From positions 2,898-66,897 of IMG/VR virus record IMGVR_UViG_3300010149_000016: a stretch of DNA of 64,000 nucleotides; one strand, given 5' to 3'. The position numbers and the translations under genes were made by a program. Numbering within the stretch: position 1 is the stretch's first letter; each line of letters starts with the position of its first letter. The notes under the pieces are model-generated. The model was not told the origin of the DNA and ran no database searches. It worked only from the letters and a program-made list of their open reading frames with translations. Positions 28,616-38,581 of the stretch are shown here, piece after piece. Source of the stretch: a virus.

Positions 28616-30172
28616 ATGGCAGTAGATACAAAATTAACTAAAACCCCATATAGAAAAGAACGTTACACAGAGCAACAACTACTTGAGCTTGCTAAATGCA
28701 GTGCTGATCCTAAACACTTTATGAAGGAACACTGTTTTATTCAGCATCCTACACAAGGTCGTATGAAATTTGCACTATATGATTTCCAAGAAGAACTAGT
28801 AGATGTATATCACAATAATAGATACAGTATTAGTATGCTTGCACGACAAACAGGTAAAAGTACATGTGCGGCAGGATATTTGTTATGGTATGCAATGTTT
28901 AACCCAGATCAAACTATTCTTATAGCGGCACACAAATATAGTGGTGCTAGTGAAATTATGCAACGTATACGTTTTGCATACGAAACACTACCTGATTTTA
29001 TTAGAGCTGGTGTTACTGCATATAACAAAGGATCGTTGGAATTTGATAACGGTTCACGTATTGTAGCACAGTCAACAACAGAAAATACTGGACGTGGTTT
29101 GAGTATATCATTAGCATACTTAGACGAGTTTGCATTTGTTAGACCAAACATAGCCAAAGAGTTTTGGACTTCACTTTCACCTACATTAGCAACAGGTGGT
29201 AAATGTATTATTACATCAACGCCAAATATGGACGATGATCAATTTGCACAAATTTGGAGAGATGCAAATAAAAATCAAGACGAGCATGGCAACGAAACTA
29301 AACAAGGTATTAATGGGTTTGCACATTATCTGGCTACATGGGAAGTACACCCAGATAGAGATTGGGAATGGGCAGAAATTGAGCAAGGTAAAATTGGTGA
29401 AGAAAGATTTAGAAGAGAACATAATTGTGAGTTTATTGCGTTTGATGAAACACTTATAGATAGTATTAAACTTAGTAATATGGAAGCACGTGATCCTTAC
29501 GCTAAAGCAGGACAAGTACGTTGGTATGCACCGGTAGCAAAAGGAAAACTATATGTAATAGCGTTAGATCCTAGTTTAGGAACAGGCGGCGATAATAGTG
29601 CTATACAAGTATATAGTATGCCCGGAATGAAACAAGTTGCAGAGTGGATGCATAATAGAACTAGCGTACAAGGGCAAATAAAAATTTTGCGAGAAATCTC
29701 GCAATATATAGAAAGCGAAACAGATGGTGATTGTGAAATATACTATAGCATGGAAAACAATACATTAGGTGAAGCAGCGTTAGTTGTAGTAGAAGAACAA
29801 GGAGAGGAAAACTTTCCTGGTACATTTTTAAGCGAAACAAAAGCACATGGTAATGCTAAACGTTATAGACGTGGATTTACTACTACACATAAAAGTAAAA
29901 TATCAGCATGTGCTAAGTTAAAGCATTGGGTTGAAACAGAAAAATTAGAAGTAGCTAGCAAGCCACTATTAAGAGAATTAAAAACATTTATTGCTAGAGG
30001 AAATAGCTATGCAGCCAAAGATGGTGAGAATGATGACCTTGTAATGGCATTAGTTCTTATAGTAAGAATGAGCATGGAAGTATCTAAGTACGAAGAAAGT
30101 GCATTTGAGTACTTAAATGAAGACTTTGACGATGATGACGGTATGGAACCAATGCCTTTTAGCTTACTATAG
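28616..30172 (+). CDS. terL: Terminase large subunit
   Basis: ARQTGKST, YLDEFAF, ITSTPN, IALDPS, DDLVMA; late promoter 28603-28610, leaderless. Confidence 0.95.
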   Translation: MAVDTKLTKTPYRKERYTEQQLLELAKCSADPKHFMKEHCFIQHPTQGRMKFALYDFQEELVDVYHNNRYSISMLARQTGKSTCAAGYLLWYAMFNPDQTILIAAHKYSGASEIMQRIRFAYETLPDFIRAGVTAYNKGSLEFDNGSRIVAQSTTENTGRGLSISLAYLDEFAFVRPNIAKEFWTSLSPTLATGGKCIITSTPNMDDDQFAQIWRDANKNQDEHGNETKQGINGFAHYLATWEVHPDRDWEWAEIEQGKIGEERFRREHNCEFIAFDETLIDSIKLSNMEARDPYAKAGQVRWYAPVAKGKLYVIALDPSLGTGGDNSAIQVYSMPGMKQVAEWMHNRTSVQGQIKILREISQYIESETDGDCEIYYSMENNTLGEAALVVVEEQGEENFPGTFLSETKAHGNAKRYRRGFTTTHKSKISACAKLKHWVETEKLEVASKPLLRELKTFIARGNSYAAKDGENDDLVMALVLIVRMSMEVSKYEESAFEYLNEDFDDDDGMEPMPFSLL

Positions 30173-30210
30173 CACTTATTTGATAAATACATTAAAGGAA
30201 TACTATAAAG

Positions 30211-31491
30211 ATGCAATTATCGACAGAAATTTTTAATATTATCAAAGGAGCAAACATTAAGCTACGTTTGTTTGATTTTGAAGGAAACAAAACTTTAGAC
30301 TCTGATCAGTCTGCGAGATTTTACGCATACGAAGAAGATTTTCTAGTCACTATAAGAACAGAAAATGAAGAAGTTGAAGTTGTTGTACAAGCAGGAGCAG
30401 ATTTTAGTTTTGATAAGAATAAAGCACTTTTAGATAGTATCAAGAAAGCAGGACATAACGCTATGGCAGAATATACGATAAGAAAGTTTGATAAAAATAT
30501 AGCACCAAAAGACTTCGCACACGAAACAGTTAAAGAAGGCTATTCACGTGCAACAGGAAGTTTAAAAACAAGTTATATACAATTACCGGAGTCAACTAGA
30601 CTAATTATTAAGCACTCAAAGGGGGTGAACGAAGAAGTACGTGGTAGCAGATCACGAAATATCAAAGCATTATTTATTGAGAACTCTGCAGGTGAAAGAT
30701 TTAGATTCCCTCACAAATACTTAGCTGGCGCTAAAGCTATGGCCAAGCATGTAAGCATGGGCGGAACACCATATGATGCAATAGGTGAATCAATCTTAAA
30801 AGTATGTAAAGAAGTAGCGGAATGTAATCAATTTGTACGTCATGTGCGTACTAATAAGTTAGTTAACGAGGGCAACATAGATATTGTTGAAACAGTTAAA
30901 CAAAAATTAAAAGAATTAAAACAAACAGTACACAGTCTTCAGACCTCTAGAGGTTATAACGACTATTCAGTAAATTCTACAACAATTGCAGAAAATTCTG
31001 ATAAAGAGGTTGACATTACTGGAAAATTCATGTACAATACATTCGAAACTGCAAATATGGACGCAGTATTAGAAACCGTAGCACGTATTGTGAAGGAGAG
31101 AGATAGTATGACAGATCTAACAAAAGAACATCTTAGCAGACTGTATGATATGATCAAAAATAAAGAAGATTTTAAACTTAATATTGACCCTAACGATCCT
31201 GAACATCCTGATAACGAAGATCCAATTAAATACTCAGGTGGAATGGGTGCAATGGCAAAACTAAGTAGCATGCTATCTTATCTTGCTATGTCTAGCAAGA
31301 ACGACGAAGCATTTAACTTGCTAAGTCACTTAGGAACAGAATTACATAACATGCCTCAAAAGACTGTTATGTTGTTGGCTAAAATTGTAACTTACTTAGA
31401 TAAGAACAATAAAATGCCAGCAAAAGAAACTGAACCAGCAGAAAATATATCTGAGTCAGTTATTAAAAATTTACGTAGAAAAATTGCGTAA
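30211..31491 (+). CDS. Late hypothetical virion-associated protein
   Basis: Late promoter 30182-30189, SD AAGGA; contains internal promoter and start. Confidence 0.7.
   Translation: MQLSTEIFNIIKGANIKLRLFDFEGNKTLDSDQSARFYAYEEDFLVTIRTENEEVEVVVQAGADFSFDKNKALLDSIKKAGHNAMAEYTIRKFDKNIAPKDFAHETVKEGYSRATGSLKTSYIQLPESTRLIIKHSKGVNEEVRGSRSRNIKALFIENSAGERFRFPHKYLAGAKAMAKHVSMGGTPYDAIGESILKVCKEVAECNQFVRHVRTNKLVNEGNIDIVETVKQKLKELKQTVHSLQTSRGYNDYSVNSTTIAENSDKEVDITGKFMYNTFETANMDAVLETVARIVKERDSMTDLTKEHLSRLYDMIKNKEDFKLNIDPNDPEHPDNEDPIKYSGGMGAMAKLSSMLSYLAMSSKNDEAFNLLSHLGTELHNMPQKTVMLLAKIVTYLDKNNKMPAKETEPAENISESVIKNLRRKIA
31010..31038 (+). promoter_or_regulatory. Intragenic sigma70-type promoter
   Basis: TTGACA-17-TACAAT. 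Confidence 0.6.
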
Positions 31492-31510
31492 ATTTTTTAA
31501 CAAAAAGTAC

Positions 31511-31539
31511 TTGACAGTAAGTACTATAAAATGTATACT
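31511..31539 (+). promoter_or_regulatory. sigma70-type promoter of SSB gene
   Basis: TTGACA-17-TATACT. Confidence 0.8.
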
Positions 31540-31638
31540 GTAAAGGCAAATAAAGGCAAAGTAATCAATAGGTTACAAACTACAAAGTAAAGCAACGTGT
31601 TTTACTACTAATAAAGGCTAATATAGGAGAAAATTATT

Positions 31639-32661
31639 ATGGCATCTTTAGCAGAAATCCGTGCAAAACTGCAGGCACAAGAAACAAAGGGCTCAAGCTC
31701 TAGCAGTAGCGGTGGCGATAACGCCATCTTCGCACACTGGAATATCCCAGAAGGCACATCAGCAACATTACGATTCCTTCCCGATGCAGACGAAAGCAAT
31801 ACGTTCTTTTGGAAAGAACGTCAAATGATTCGTTTACAATTTCCAGGTGTAAAAGGTCAAGACGAAAATAAACCAGTTACTGTACAAGTACCATGTGTAG
31901 AAATGTGGGGAGAACAATGTCCAGTACATGCTGAAATTCGTCCTTGGTTTAAAGATCCTTCAATGGAAGATATGGGACGTAAGTATTGGAAAAAACGTTC
32001 ATACATTTTCCAAGGATTTGTAGCACAAAGCGATATGCAAGAAGACTCAGTACCTGAGAATCCTATCAGACGTTTTGTCATTTCACCTCAAATTTATAAA
32101 ATTATCAGTTCAGCACTTATGGATCCTGAATTCCAGGAAATTCCTACTGATTATGAAGCTGGTACAGACTTTAAGATTGTAAAATCTACTAAAGGTCAGT
32201 ATGCAGACTATTCAACTTCTAATTGGGCTCGTAGAGAACGTGGACTAGATCAAGCAGAACGTGATGCAATTGCACAACACGGATTGTTTAATCTAAATGA
32301 CTATCTTCCTAAGAAGCCAAATGCAGAAGAGCTGAATGCAATTTTTGAAATGTTTGAAGCATCTGTAGATGGTCAATTGTATGATCCAGAACGTTTTGGT
32401 TCTTACTATCGTCCATATGGTGTAGACGCACCAGCAACAACAGGTGGAGCAACACCAGCTCCTGCTCCGGCACCAACGCCAACACCAGCACCAGCGGCTC
32501 CTGTAGCTCCTGTAGCTGAAGCGGCTCCGGTTGCTCCAGCACCAACGCCTACGCCAGCACCAGCACCAGAAATGGCAACTGCTGAAGCGGCTCCGGCACC
32601 AGCAGGTGATGCACCGAGTGCTCAAGACATTTTAGCGGCAATTAGAAACCGTAAACAATAA
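31639..32661 (+). CDS. gp32: Single-stranded DNA-binding protein (T4 gp32-like)
   Basis: LRFLP, CPV, YADYSTS; Pro/Ala-rich C-terminal linker. Confidence 0.85.
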   Translation: MASLAEIRAKLQAQETKGSSSSSSGGDNAIFAHWNIPEGTSATLRFLPDADESNTFFWKERQMIRLQFPGVKGQDENKPVTVQVPCVEMWGEQCPVHAEIRPWFKDPSMEDMGRKYWKKRSYIFQGFVAQSDMQEDSVPENPIRRFVISPQIYKIISSALMDPEFQEIPTDYEAGTDFKIVKSTKGQYADYSTSNWARRERGLDQAERDAIAQHGLFNLNDYLPKKPNAEELNAIFEMFEASVDGQLYDPERFGSYYRPYGVDAPATTGGATPAPAPAPTPTPAPAAPVAPVAEAAPVAPAPTPTPAPAPEMATAEAAPAPAGDAPSAQDILAAIRNRKQ

Positions 32662-32673
32662 GTAATATAAATT

Positions 32674-32702
32674 GAGTGAGGGTATCCTTAGAGCCCTCAC
32701 TT
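32674..32702 (+). other. Intergenic stem-loop
   Basis: GAGTGAGGG...CCCTCACTT, weak U-tract. Confidence 0.5.
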
Positions 32703-32724
32703 ATAACAGAGGAGAAAAAACATT

Positions 32725-33834
32725 ATGGCAAGACCATTTGACGTAAGTAAATTCCGTAAAAGTATTACTAAAAGTGTACCAGGGTTAAGTGTTGGTTTTA
32801 ACGATCCTGATACATGGATTAGTACGGGTAATTACACATTAAACAAACTTATTAGTAATGACTTCCACAAAGGAATTCCACTAGGTAAAGTTACAGTACT
32901 TGCAGGCGAATCAGGTGCAGGTAAAAGTTATATTGCGGCCGGCAATGTTGTAAAAGCGGCACAAGATCAAGGTATATTTGTTATCCTTATTGATAGTGAA
33001 AATGCACTTGATGAGAAGTGGTTACATGCACTAGATGTTGATACTAGTGATGAGAAACTACTAAAACTAAACATGAGTATGATTGATGATGTTGCTAAAA
33101 CAATTAGTGACTTTATGAAAGATTACAAAACAGAGTATGCAGAAAAGAATCCTGAAGAACGTCCTAAGGTATTGTTCGTAGTTGACTCATTGGGTATGCT
33201 ACTTACACCTACTGATGTTGATCAGTTTAGTAAGGGTGATTTAAAAGGTGATATGGGTCGTAAACCTAAAGCACTAACTGCACTAGTAAGAAACACAGTA
33301 AACATGTTTGGTAGTTACAATGTAGGTTTACTATGTACTAATCATACATATGCATCACAAGATATGTTTGACCCAGATGATAAAATCTCAGGTGGGCAAG
33401 GCTTTATCTATGCAAGTAGTATTGTTATTGCAATGCGTAAACTTAAACTAAAAGTAGATGCAGATGGAAATAAAACATCACAAGTACATGGTATTAGAGC
33501 GGCGTGTAAAGTAATGAAAACACGTTATTCAAAACCATTTGAAAGTGTGCAAGTTGAAATTCCATATGAAACAGGCATGAGTCCATATAGTGGACTAACA
33601 GATTTCTTTGAAGCAAAGGGTGTTTTAAAGAAAACAGGTACACGTCTAGAGTATACAAGTCCTGTAACAGGTGAAGTTATCACACAATTCCGTAAAGTAT
33701 GGGATCGTAATGAAAATGATTCTTTAAAGTTAATTATGGATGAATGGGATAAACAGCCACAGGAAGTAAAAGACTCAGATGGTACTGATTTAATTGAAGA
33801 AGACAACGTGGAGGTTGCTAATGAATCTAACTGA
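32725..33834 (+). CDS. uvsX: RecA-like recombinase
   Basis: GESGAGKS, DSENA, VVDSLG, SGG.G..YASS. Confidence 0.95.
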   Translation: MARPFDVSKFRKSITKSVPGLSVGFNDPDTWISTGNYTLNKLISNDFHKGIPLGKVTVLAGESGAGKSYIAAGNVVKAAQDQGIFVILIDSENALDEKWLHALDVDTSDEKLLKLNMSMIDDVAKTISDFMKDYKTEYAEKNPEERPKVLFVVDSLGMLLTPTDVDQFSKGDLKGDMGRKPKALTALVRNTVNMFGSYNVGLLCTNHTYASQDMFDPDDKISGGQGFIYASSIVIAMRKLKLKVDADGNKTSQVHGIRAACKVMKTRYSKPFESVQVEIPYETGMSPYSGLTDFFEAKGVLKKTGTRLEYTSPVTGEVITQFRKVWDRNENDSLKLIMDEWDKQPQEVKDSDGTDLIEEDNVEVANESN

Positions 33835-34087
33835 TGGAGATTTTGAGTTTGTTTTTAATATTTACGATGAAGCAACGGCTTTAATCAATGATAAAGATAA
33901 ACCTGAATTTGCAACAAAAGTGATTGCGGCTCTGGTTGATCATGGATTTGATATTAAACCAGCAGTAAAAGAGATTGCTGATCATTGCGAATTCCTTAGT
34001 GATGCAATTGATGAGTATCTCGAACTCGAAGAAGAAGATGAAGATATCTTTGGAGACTATAACGAAGACGACGAGGATGAATACTAA
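33821..34087 (+). CDS. Small acidic hypothetical protein
   Basis: SD GGAGG before ATG 33821. Confidence 0.7.
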   Translation: MNLTDGDFEFVFNIYDEATALINDKDKPEFATKVIAALVDHGFDIKPAVKEIADHCEFLSDAIDEYLELEEEDEDIFGDYNEDDEDEY

Positions 34088-34545
34088 TGAGTATATGGTA
34101 TCGTAAAGTTACCGCAAATCTTGGAGAGATAGTTACGGCTATCTCTCACTTTGAGAAAGAAATTGATCAAGCAAGATTCGAATGCAGTATGAAAGGCAAT
34201 TTAGAAAAACAAAGTAGAGATATGCCTGGAATTGTTGAGCATAGATTTAACCAATTACAAGAAGTTGAAGCTATACTAGAATTTCTTAATACTGAGATGC
34301 GTAAGTTACGGTCCCAAACATTTCGTAAATTTTTAGAAAACTACAATAAAGCACTTAGTTCACGTGACGCTGACAAATATGTTGATGGTGAACAAAATGT
34401 AGTTGATTTACAATATCTAATAAATGACTTTAGTTTAGTTAGAAATAGGTATATTGGTATTATTAAAGCATTAGAAGCAAAGCAATTTCAGATTAATAAT
34501 GTAGTAAAACTTAGAGCAGCAGGTTTAGAAGATATTTCTCTTTAA
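34087..34545 (+). CDS. uvsY: Recombination mediator
   Basis: Helical, DADKYVDGE, FQINN..KLR.AG; follows uvsX. Confidence 0.8.
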   Translation: MSIWYRKVTANLGEIVTAISHFEKEIDQARFECSMKGNLEKQSRDMPGIVEHRFNQLQEVEAILEFLNTEMRKLRSQTFRKFLENYNKALSSRDADKYVDGEQNVVDLQYLINDFSLVRNRYIGIIKALEAKQFQINNVVKLRAAGLEDISL

Positions 34546-34549
34546 AAGG

Positions 34550-34578
34550 TTGACAAGTAAGAAGTCTTACTGTATTAT
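34550..34578 (+). promoter_or_regulatory. Early promoter with AGTAAGA-AG-TCTTACT operator
   Basis: TTGACA-17-TATTAT; 7-bp inverted repeat 34556-34571. Confidence 0.8.
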
Positions 34579-34609
34579 ATAAGTATAATTATTAATTAGG
34601 AGAGCAATT

Positions 34610-35308
34610 ATGCCAAAAACACCCTGGCCAAGTATTACAATAGTTGATGTTATGTGTGCGGCTAAACAAGTACATGACACACAAGGTTTTGTTCGTAGTG
34701 GGCAAGGATACAAGGACCATACTGATCCAGATAATCCTATTGAAGTTGTTGACAATAAAACACGTATTATTGACATTATTGAAGATCCTAAAATGTTCTT
34801 TACAGAACAACAAATTAGTGAGGCTAATGAGTTAATTTCACACATTAATGGCAAACTCATGATCAAAAAAATGACTAATAATCTTAACAATTTTGAATCT
34901 AATGTGGTTAATGCATTATCTAATCCAAATGTTGACAAATTTGCAGTAAGTATTATTGCTAGTTTGCCACATAGTGTAAGTATTGATAAAAAACGTGAAG
35001 AAGTAGAAGATAAACTAAGCACGTTGAAGCACAGTAGCCAGTATTTTGGAGTAAAAGGTAAACGTTACGATATTAATGTAGATGTAATGGATGTTAAATT
35101 TATACAATCCAGTAATATTTACATGATTACTACAGTTTATGCTAAAAAAGATTTAGTTAAGTTTTGGTGGAGAGATCAGCCGGATATTAGCAACATTATT
35201 TCTAATAAAAGCATTAAAATACGTGGTACTGTTAACAAACATGAGCTATCAAAGTACACAAATGCTAAAGAAACAATGATTAACCGTGTTAAAATCCTTG
35301 AAATATAA
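34610..35308 (+). CDS. Early hypothetical protein, C-terminal OB-fold-like
   Basis: SD AGGAG; IRGTVNKH...TMINRVK. Confidence 0.6.
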   Translation: MPKTPWPSITIVDVMCAAKQVHDTQGFVRSGQGYKDHTDPDNPIEVVDNKTRIIDIIEDPKMFFTEQQISEANELISHINGKLMIKKMTNNLNNFESNVVNALSNPNVDKFAVSIIASLPHSVSIDKKREEVEDKLSTLKHSSQYFGVKGKRYDINVDVMDVKFIQSSNIYMITTVYAKKDLVKFWWRDQPDISNIISNKSIKIRGTVNKHELSKYTNAKETMINRVKILEI

Positions 35309-35317
35309 GGGTTTTTT
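35291..35317 (+). terminator. Terminator, copy of 11479 element
   Basis: CCTTGAAATATAAGGGTTTTTT. Confidence 0.6.
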
Positions 35318-35322
35318 AAAGG

Positions 35323-35351
35323 TTGACAAATTTAGCAAATTCCTATATATT
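35323..35351 (+). promoter_or_regulatory. sigma70-type promoter
   Basis: TTGACA-17-TATATT. Confidence 0.7.
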
Positions 35352-35395
35352 AATATTAAGAATAACTAATAATAATAACAATAAAGGAGTTATAT

Positions 35396-35656
35396 ATGAG
35401 AAAAGCAAAAGCAGTAGGAACTAAGTTCTTTAAAGAAGGAACACAAAATCAAATAATCCTAGCTAAATTTTGGGGAACAGGTAAAACGTTTACTATGGAT
35501 GTTCTAAGAGATAAATTTGACATTCAATCTCCAGGTGCAAGACTTTCAGAATTAAGAGCTGAAGGTTTCAACGTAAAAGGTACGGCTATTGAATCTGGTG
35601 TACAAGGTAGACCAGCAGTAGAGTACACAATTGCTAAAAAAAGAGTAATTGCGTAA
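35396..35656 (+). CDS. Winged helix-turn-helix DNA-binding protein
   Basis: FDIQSPGARLSELRAEGFNV wHTH signature; basic. Confidence 0.75.
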   Translation: MRKAKAVGTKFFKEGTQNQIILAKFWGTGKTFTMDVLRDKFDIQSPGARLSELRAEGFNVKGTAIESGVQGRPAVEYTIAKKRVIA

Positions 35657-35753
35657 TTAAGCACAAATATACATATTGGGCCCGTTTTCTTATTGGGCCC
35701 AATTCTATGAATAACAGTTCAAAAAAAAAGTTAAAAAAGTTGGTGTATAGAGG

Positions 35754-35782
35754 TTGACAAGTAAGATGTCTTACTGTATACT
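35754..35782 (+). promoter_or_regulatory. Early promoter with AGTAAGA-TG-TCTTACT operator
   Basis: TTGACA-17-TATACT; inverted repeat 35760-35775. Confidence 0.85.
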
Positions 35783-35815
35783 GTAAGTATAGTTAATAAA
35801 AAACAGGAGTTATAA

Positions 35816-36685
35816 ATGGCTAATATGCAACTAAAACAAGCTCGTAAAAATACTAAAGGCGAGACTATTATTGAGGTCCTACCAAGTAAGGTAAAGGACA
35901 ATCCAAAAGAAACTGACGAGATGATCATTGAACGTATGCGAGAGCGTTTTACCATCTTAGACGATATGACACAAGCATCAATTGATGGTGTTGTTAGAGG
36001 TATGGTTGTAACAGGCCCTCCAGGTGTTGGTAAATCATTTGGTGTTGAACAAGTTCTAGAAAAGAATAATTTGTTTGATGCTATTGCAGGTAACAAATTA
36101 CGTTATGAAGTTATTAAAGGTGCTTCTAGTGCAATTGGTTTGTATAAAGTACTTTACAATAACGCAGACAAAAATAGTGTTCTTGTATTAGATGATTGTG
36201 ATACAGTATTGTATGACGAAACATCACTTAACTTGCTTAAAGCGGCACTTGATTCATGTAAGAAACGTAAACTAAGTTGGAATACAGATAGTGCATTACT
36301 AAGACGTGAAGGTATTCCAGATACTTTTGAATTCCAAGGTAGTGTTATCTTTATTACTAACCTTAAGTTTGATAATGTGCGTGGTAAAATTGCTGATCAC
36401 TTAGCGGCTATTATGTCAAGATGTCATTACTTAGATCTTACAATGGATACAATGCGAGAAAAAGTTCTACGTTGTAAGCAGATTGTTGCAGATGGTATGC
36501 TTAATGAATATCAGTTTACACAAGAAGAGCAAGATGATTTAATGGACTTCATGTGTGATAACAAAGAAAAAATGCGAGAAGTTAGTTTGCGTATGGTTAC
36601 TAAACTTGCAGATCTTAAAAAGAGCTTTGGTGCTGATAAGTGGAAACGAACTGCAGAAGTTACATGTATGCGAAGAGTTGCATAA
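35816..36685 (+). CDS. AAA+ ATPase (early)
   Basis: GPPGVGKS Walker A, LVLDDCD Walker B, FITN, SRC. Confidence 0.85.
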   Translation: MANMQLKQARKNTKGETIIEVLPSKVKDNPKETDEMIIERMRERFTILDDMTQASIDGVVRGMVVTGPPGVGKSFGVEQVLEKNNLFDAIAGNKLRYEVIKGASSAIGLYKVLYNNADKNSVLVLDDCDTVLYDETSLNLLKAALDSCKKRKLSWNTDSALLRREGIPDTFEFQGSVIFITNLKFDNVRGKIADHLAAIMSRCHYLDLTMDTMREKVLRCKQIVADGMLNEYQFTQEEQDDLMDFMCDNKEKMREVSLRMVTKLADLKKSFGADKWKRTAEVTCMRRVA

Positions 36686-36701
36686 TAAAAATAAATTTTA
36701 G

Positions 36702-36726
36702 AAAAAAGCCCTTCGGGGCTTTTTTT
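36702..36726 (+). terminator. Rho-independent terminator (UUCG loop)
   Basis: AAAAAAGCCC-TTCG-GGGCTTTTTTT. Confidence 0.9.
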
Positions 36727-36742
36727 ATGGCTAAATATTTAT

Positions 36743-37075
36743 ATGGAATTTATAATCAAAGCAATAGTAGGTGGACTAATAATAGCTGGTGTAGTGACTG
36801 CCGCAGAACGAGGTAATCCTACACTTGGTGCTCTTATATTGGGTATACCATTGGGCAGTATTATAAGCATATCATTTATGTACTATGGCGGAATTCAGCC
36901 AGAAGTGTTTGCACAATTAGCTAAAGAGACAGTTTACTTTGTTTTGGTTAGTCTAATATTTTTTCCTGTATTTGCATACCTAATTATGCATTATGGGTTT
37001 TGGATATCAATGACAGTAGCTATTACAGTTACTATGACATGCTTATTTTTATTACTAAAATATCTAACATTATAA
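36743..37075 (+). CDS. Small 4-TM membrane protein (GlpM/DUF3147-like)
   Basis: IKAIVGG, P.LGALI..IPL.S; leaderless late promoter 36730-36737. Confidence 0.6.
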   Translation: MEFIIKAIVGGLIIAGVVTAAERGNPTLGALILGIPLGSIISISFMYYGGIQPEVFAQLAKETVYFVLVSLIFFPVFAYLIMHYGFWISMTVAITVTMTCLFLLLKYLTL

Positions 37076-37085
37076 AGGCTTTAGC

Positions 37086-37114
37086 TTGACTTTTAGGTTA
37101 ACCTATAGTATTAT
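37086..37114 (+). promoter_or_regulatory. sigma70-type promoter, leaderless
   Basis: TTGACT-17-TATTAT; +1 = ATG 37121; TAGGTTAACCTA palindrome in spacer. Confidence 0.7.
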
Positions 37115-37120
37115 ACTACT

Positions 37121-38572
37121 ATGAAATGCAAAATTGTTTTAAAAGATGAAGTTAATTGTAAGATTGAAGGTCTTGATGTTAACACTCGTAGAAAATGTGA
37201 AAAAGAATTAAAGTTCTTTTTACCTTATGCCTATCATGTACCAGCTTATAAGTTAGGAAGATGGGATGGATGTCAGAGTTATTTTACAGTAGGTGGTGTA
37301 ACATATATTAACTTACTTGATAGAGTACTTCCGGTTATTATGGATAATGGGTATGAAATACAAGTAGATGATTTAAGAAGCAAATTTGATTTCAGTTTTC
37401 CTGTCGTAGATGAAACAACATTTCAGCATAAAGTTTGGCCTGAAAAACATCCGGTAGCAGGACAACCTATTACACTACGTGATTATCAGATAGAAATTGT
37501 AAACAAGTTTTTAGAAACACCACATTGTTTACAAGAAATTGCAACAGGTGCAGGTAAAACATTAATTACAGCCGCACTTAGTGAACGTGTAGAAAAATAT
37601 GGAAGATCAATTGTAATTGTACCTAATAAAGATTTAGTACGTCAAACATTTGATGATTATAACAATTTAGGACTTGACGTTGGAGTTTATTTTGGCGACA
37701 AAAAAGAATTAGGAAAAACCCATACTATTTGTACATGGCAAAGTTTAAATAGCATCAAAAAAAGATTTAGAGAAGGCGAAAGCGATTTAAGTTTAGCAGA
37801 TTTTGCAGAAGATGTAGTATGTGTAATAGTAGACGAAGTACATCAAGCTAAGGCAGATGTATTAAAAGAATTATTAACTAAAGAGTTTGCAAACATTCCA
37901 CTTCGTTGGGGATTAACTGGTACAATACCAAAAGCAGATCATGAGAAAGTTAGTTTACAAGCATGTTTAGGTGATGTAACTAATAAACTTAGTGCAAGCG
38001 AATTACAAGACATGGATGTACTTAGTCAGTGTCATGTTAATGTTGTACAAATGAAAGAGTTTGCAGAATATAATAATTATCAAAGTGAGTTAACATATTT
38101 AACTACAGACAAAGAACGTATGAAATATATTAGTGGACTGATTGATAAAATTTCACAATCAGGAAATACATTAGTATTAGTAGATAGAATTAAAGCAGGT
38201 GGATTAATTTGCGATAATTTGCCACATGCTAATTTTGTTAGTGGAGAAATGAAAACTAATGATCGTAAAGATCATTATGATGATATTAATGAAGGCACAA
38301 ATCAAATTGTTGTTGCAACATATGGTGTTGCGGCAGTAGGAATTAATATTCCACGTATTTTTAATTTAGTACTAATAGAGCCAGGTAAGAGTTTTGTTAG
38401 AGTTATTCAGAGTATTGGGCGTGGAATCAGGAAAGCAGAAGATAAAGATAACGTCCAAATATGGGATCTAACCAGTACGGCAAAATTCAGTAAGAAACAC
38501 TTAACAGAGCGTAAGAAGTTTTACAAAGAAGCAAATTATCCATTCAGCATTGAAAAAGTTGATTGGCAATAG
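37121..38572 (+). CDS. uvsW: SF2 DNA helicase
   Basis: LRDYQ, ATGAGKT, DEVH, GLTGT, QSIGRG.R. Confidence 0.9.
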   Translation: MKCKIVLKDEVNCKIEGLDVNTRRKCEKELKFFLPYAYHVPAYKLGRWDGCQSYFTVGGVTYINLLDRVLPVIMDNGYEIQVDDLRSKFDFSFPVVDETTFQHKVWPEKHPVAGQPITLRDYQIEIVNKFLETPHCLQEIATGAGKTLITAALSERVEKYGRSIVIVPNKDLVRQTFDDYNNLGLDVGVYFGDKKELGKTHTICTWQSLNSIKKRFREGESDLSLADFAEDVVCVIVDEVHQAKADVLKELLTKEFANIPLRWGLTGTIPKADHEKVSLQACLGDVTNKLSASELQDMDVLSQCHVNVVQMKEFAEYNNYQSELTYLTTDKERMKYISGLIDKISQSGNTLVLVDRIKAGGLICDNLPHANFVSGEMKTNDRKDHYDDINEGTNQIVVATYGVAAVGINIPRIFNLVLIEPGKSFVRVIQSIGRGIRKAEDKDNVQIWDLTSTAKFSKKHLTERKKFYKEANYPFSIEKVDWQ

Positions 38573-38581
38573 GAAATAATA

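Noticed and set aside
32431-32620. GC-richer repetitive stretch in gp32
   Set aside because: Explained by a Pro/Ala low-complexity linker.
34749-34960. Additional TTGACA hexamers inside gene 34610
   Set aside because: No plausible -10 at 16-18 bp spacing.
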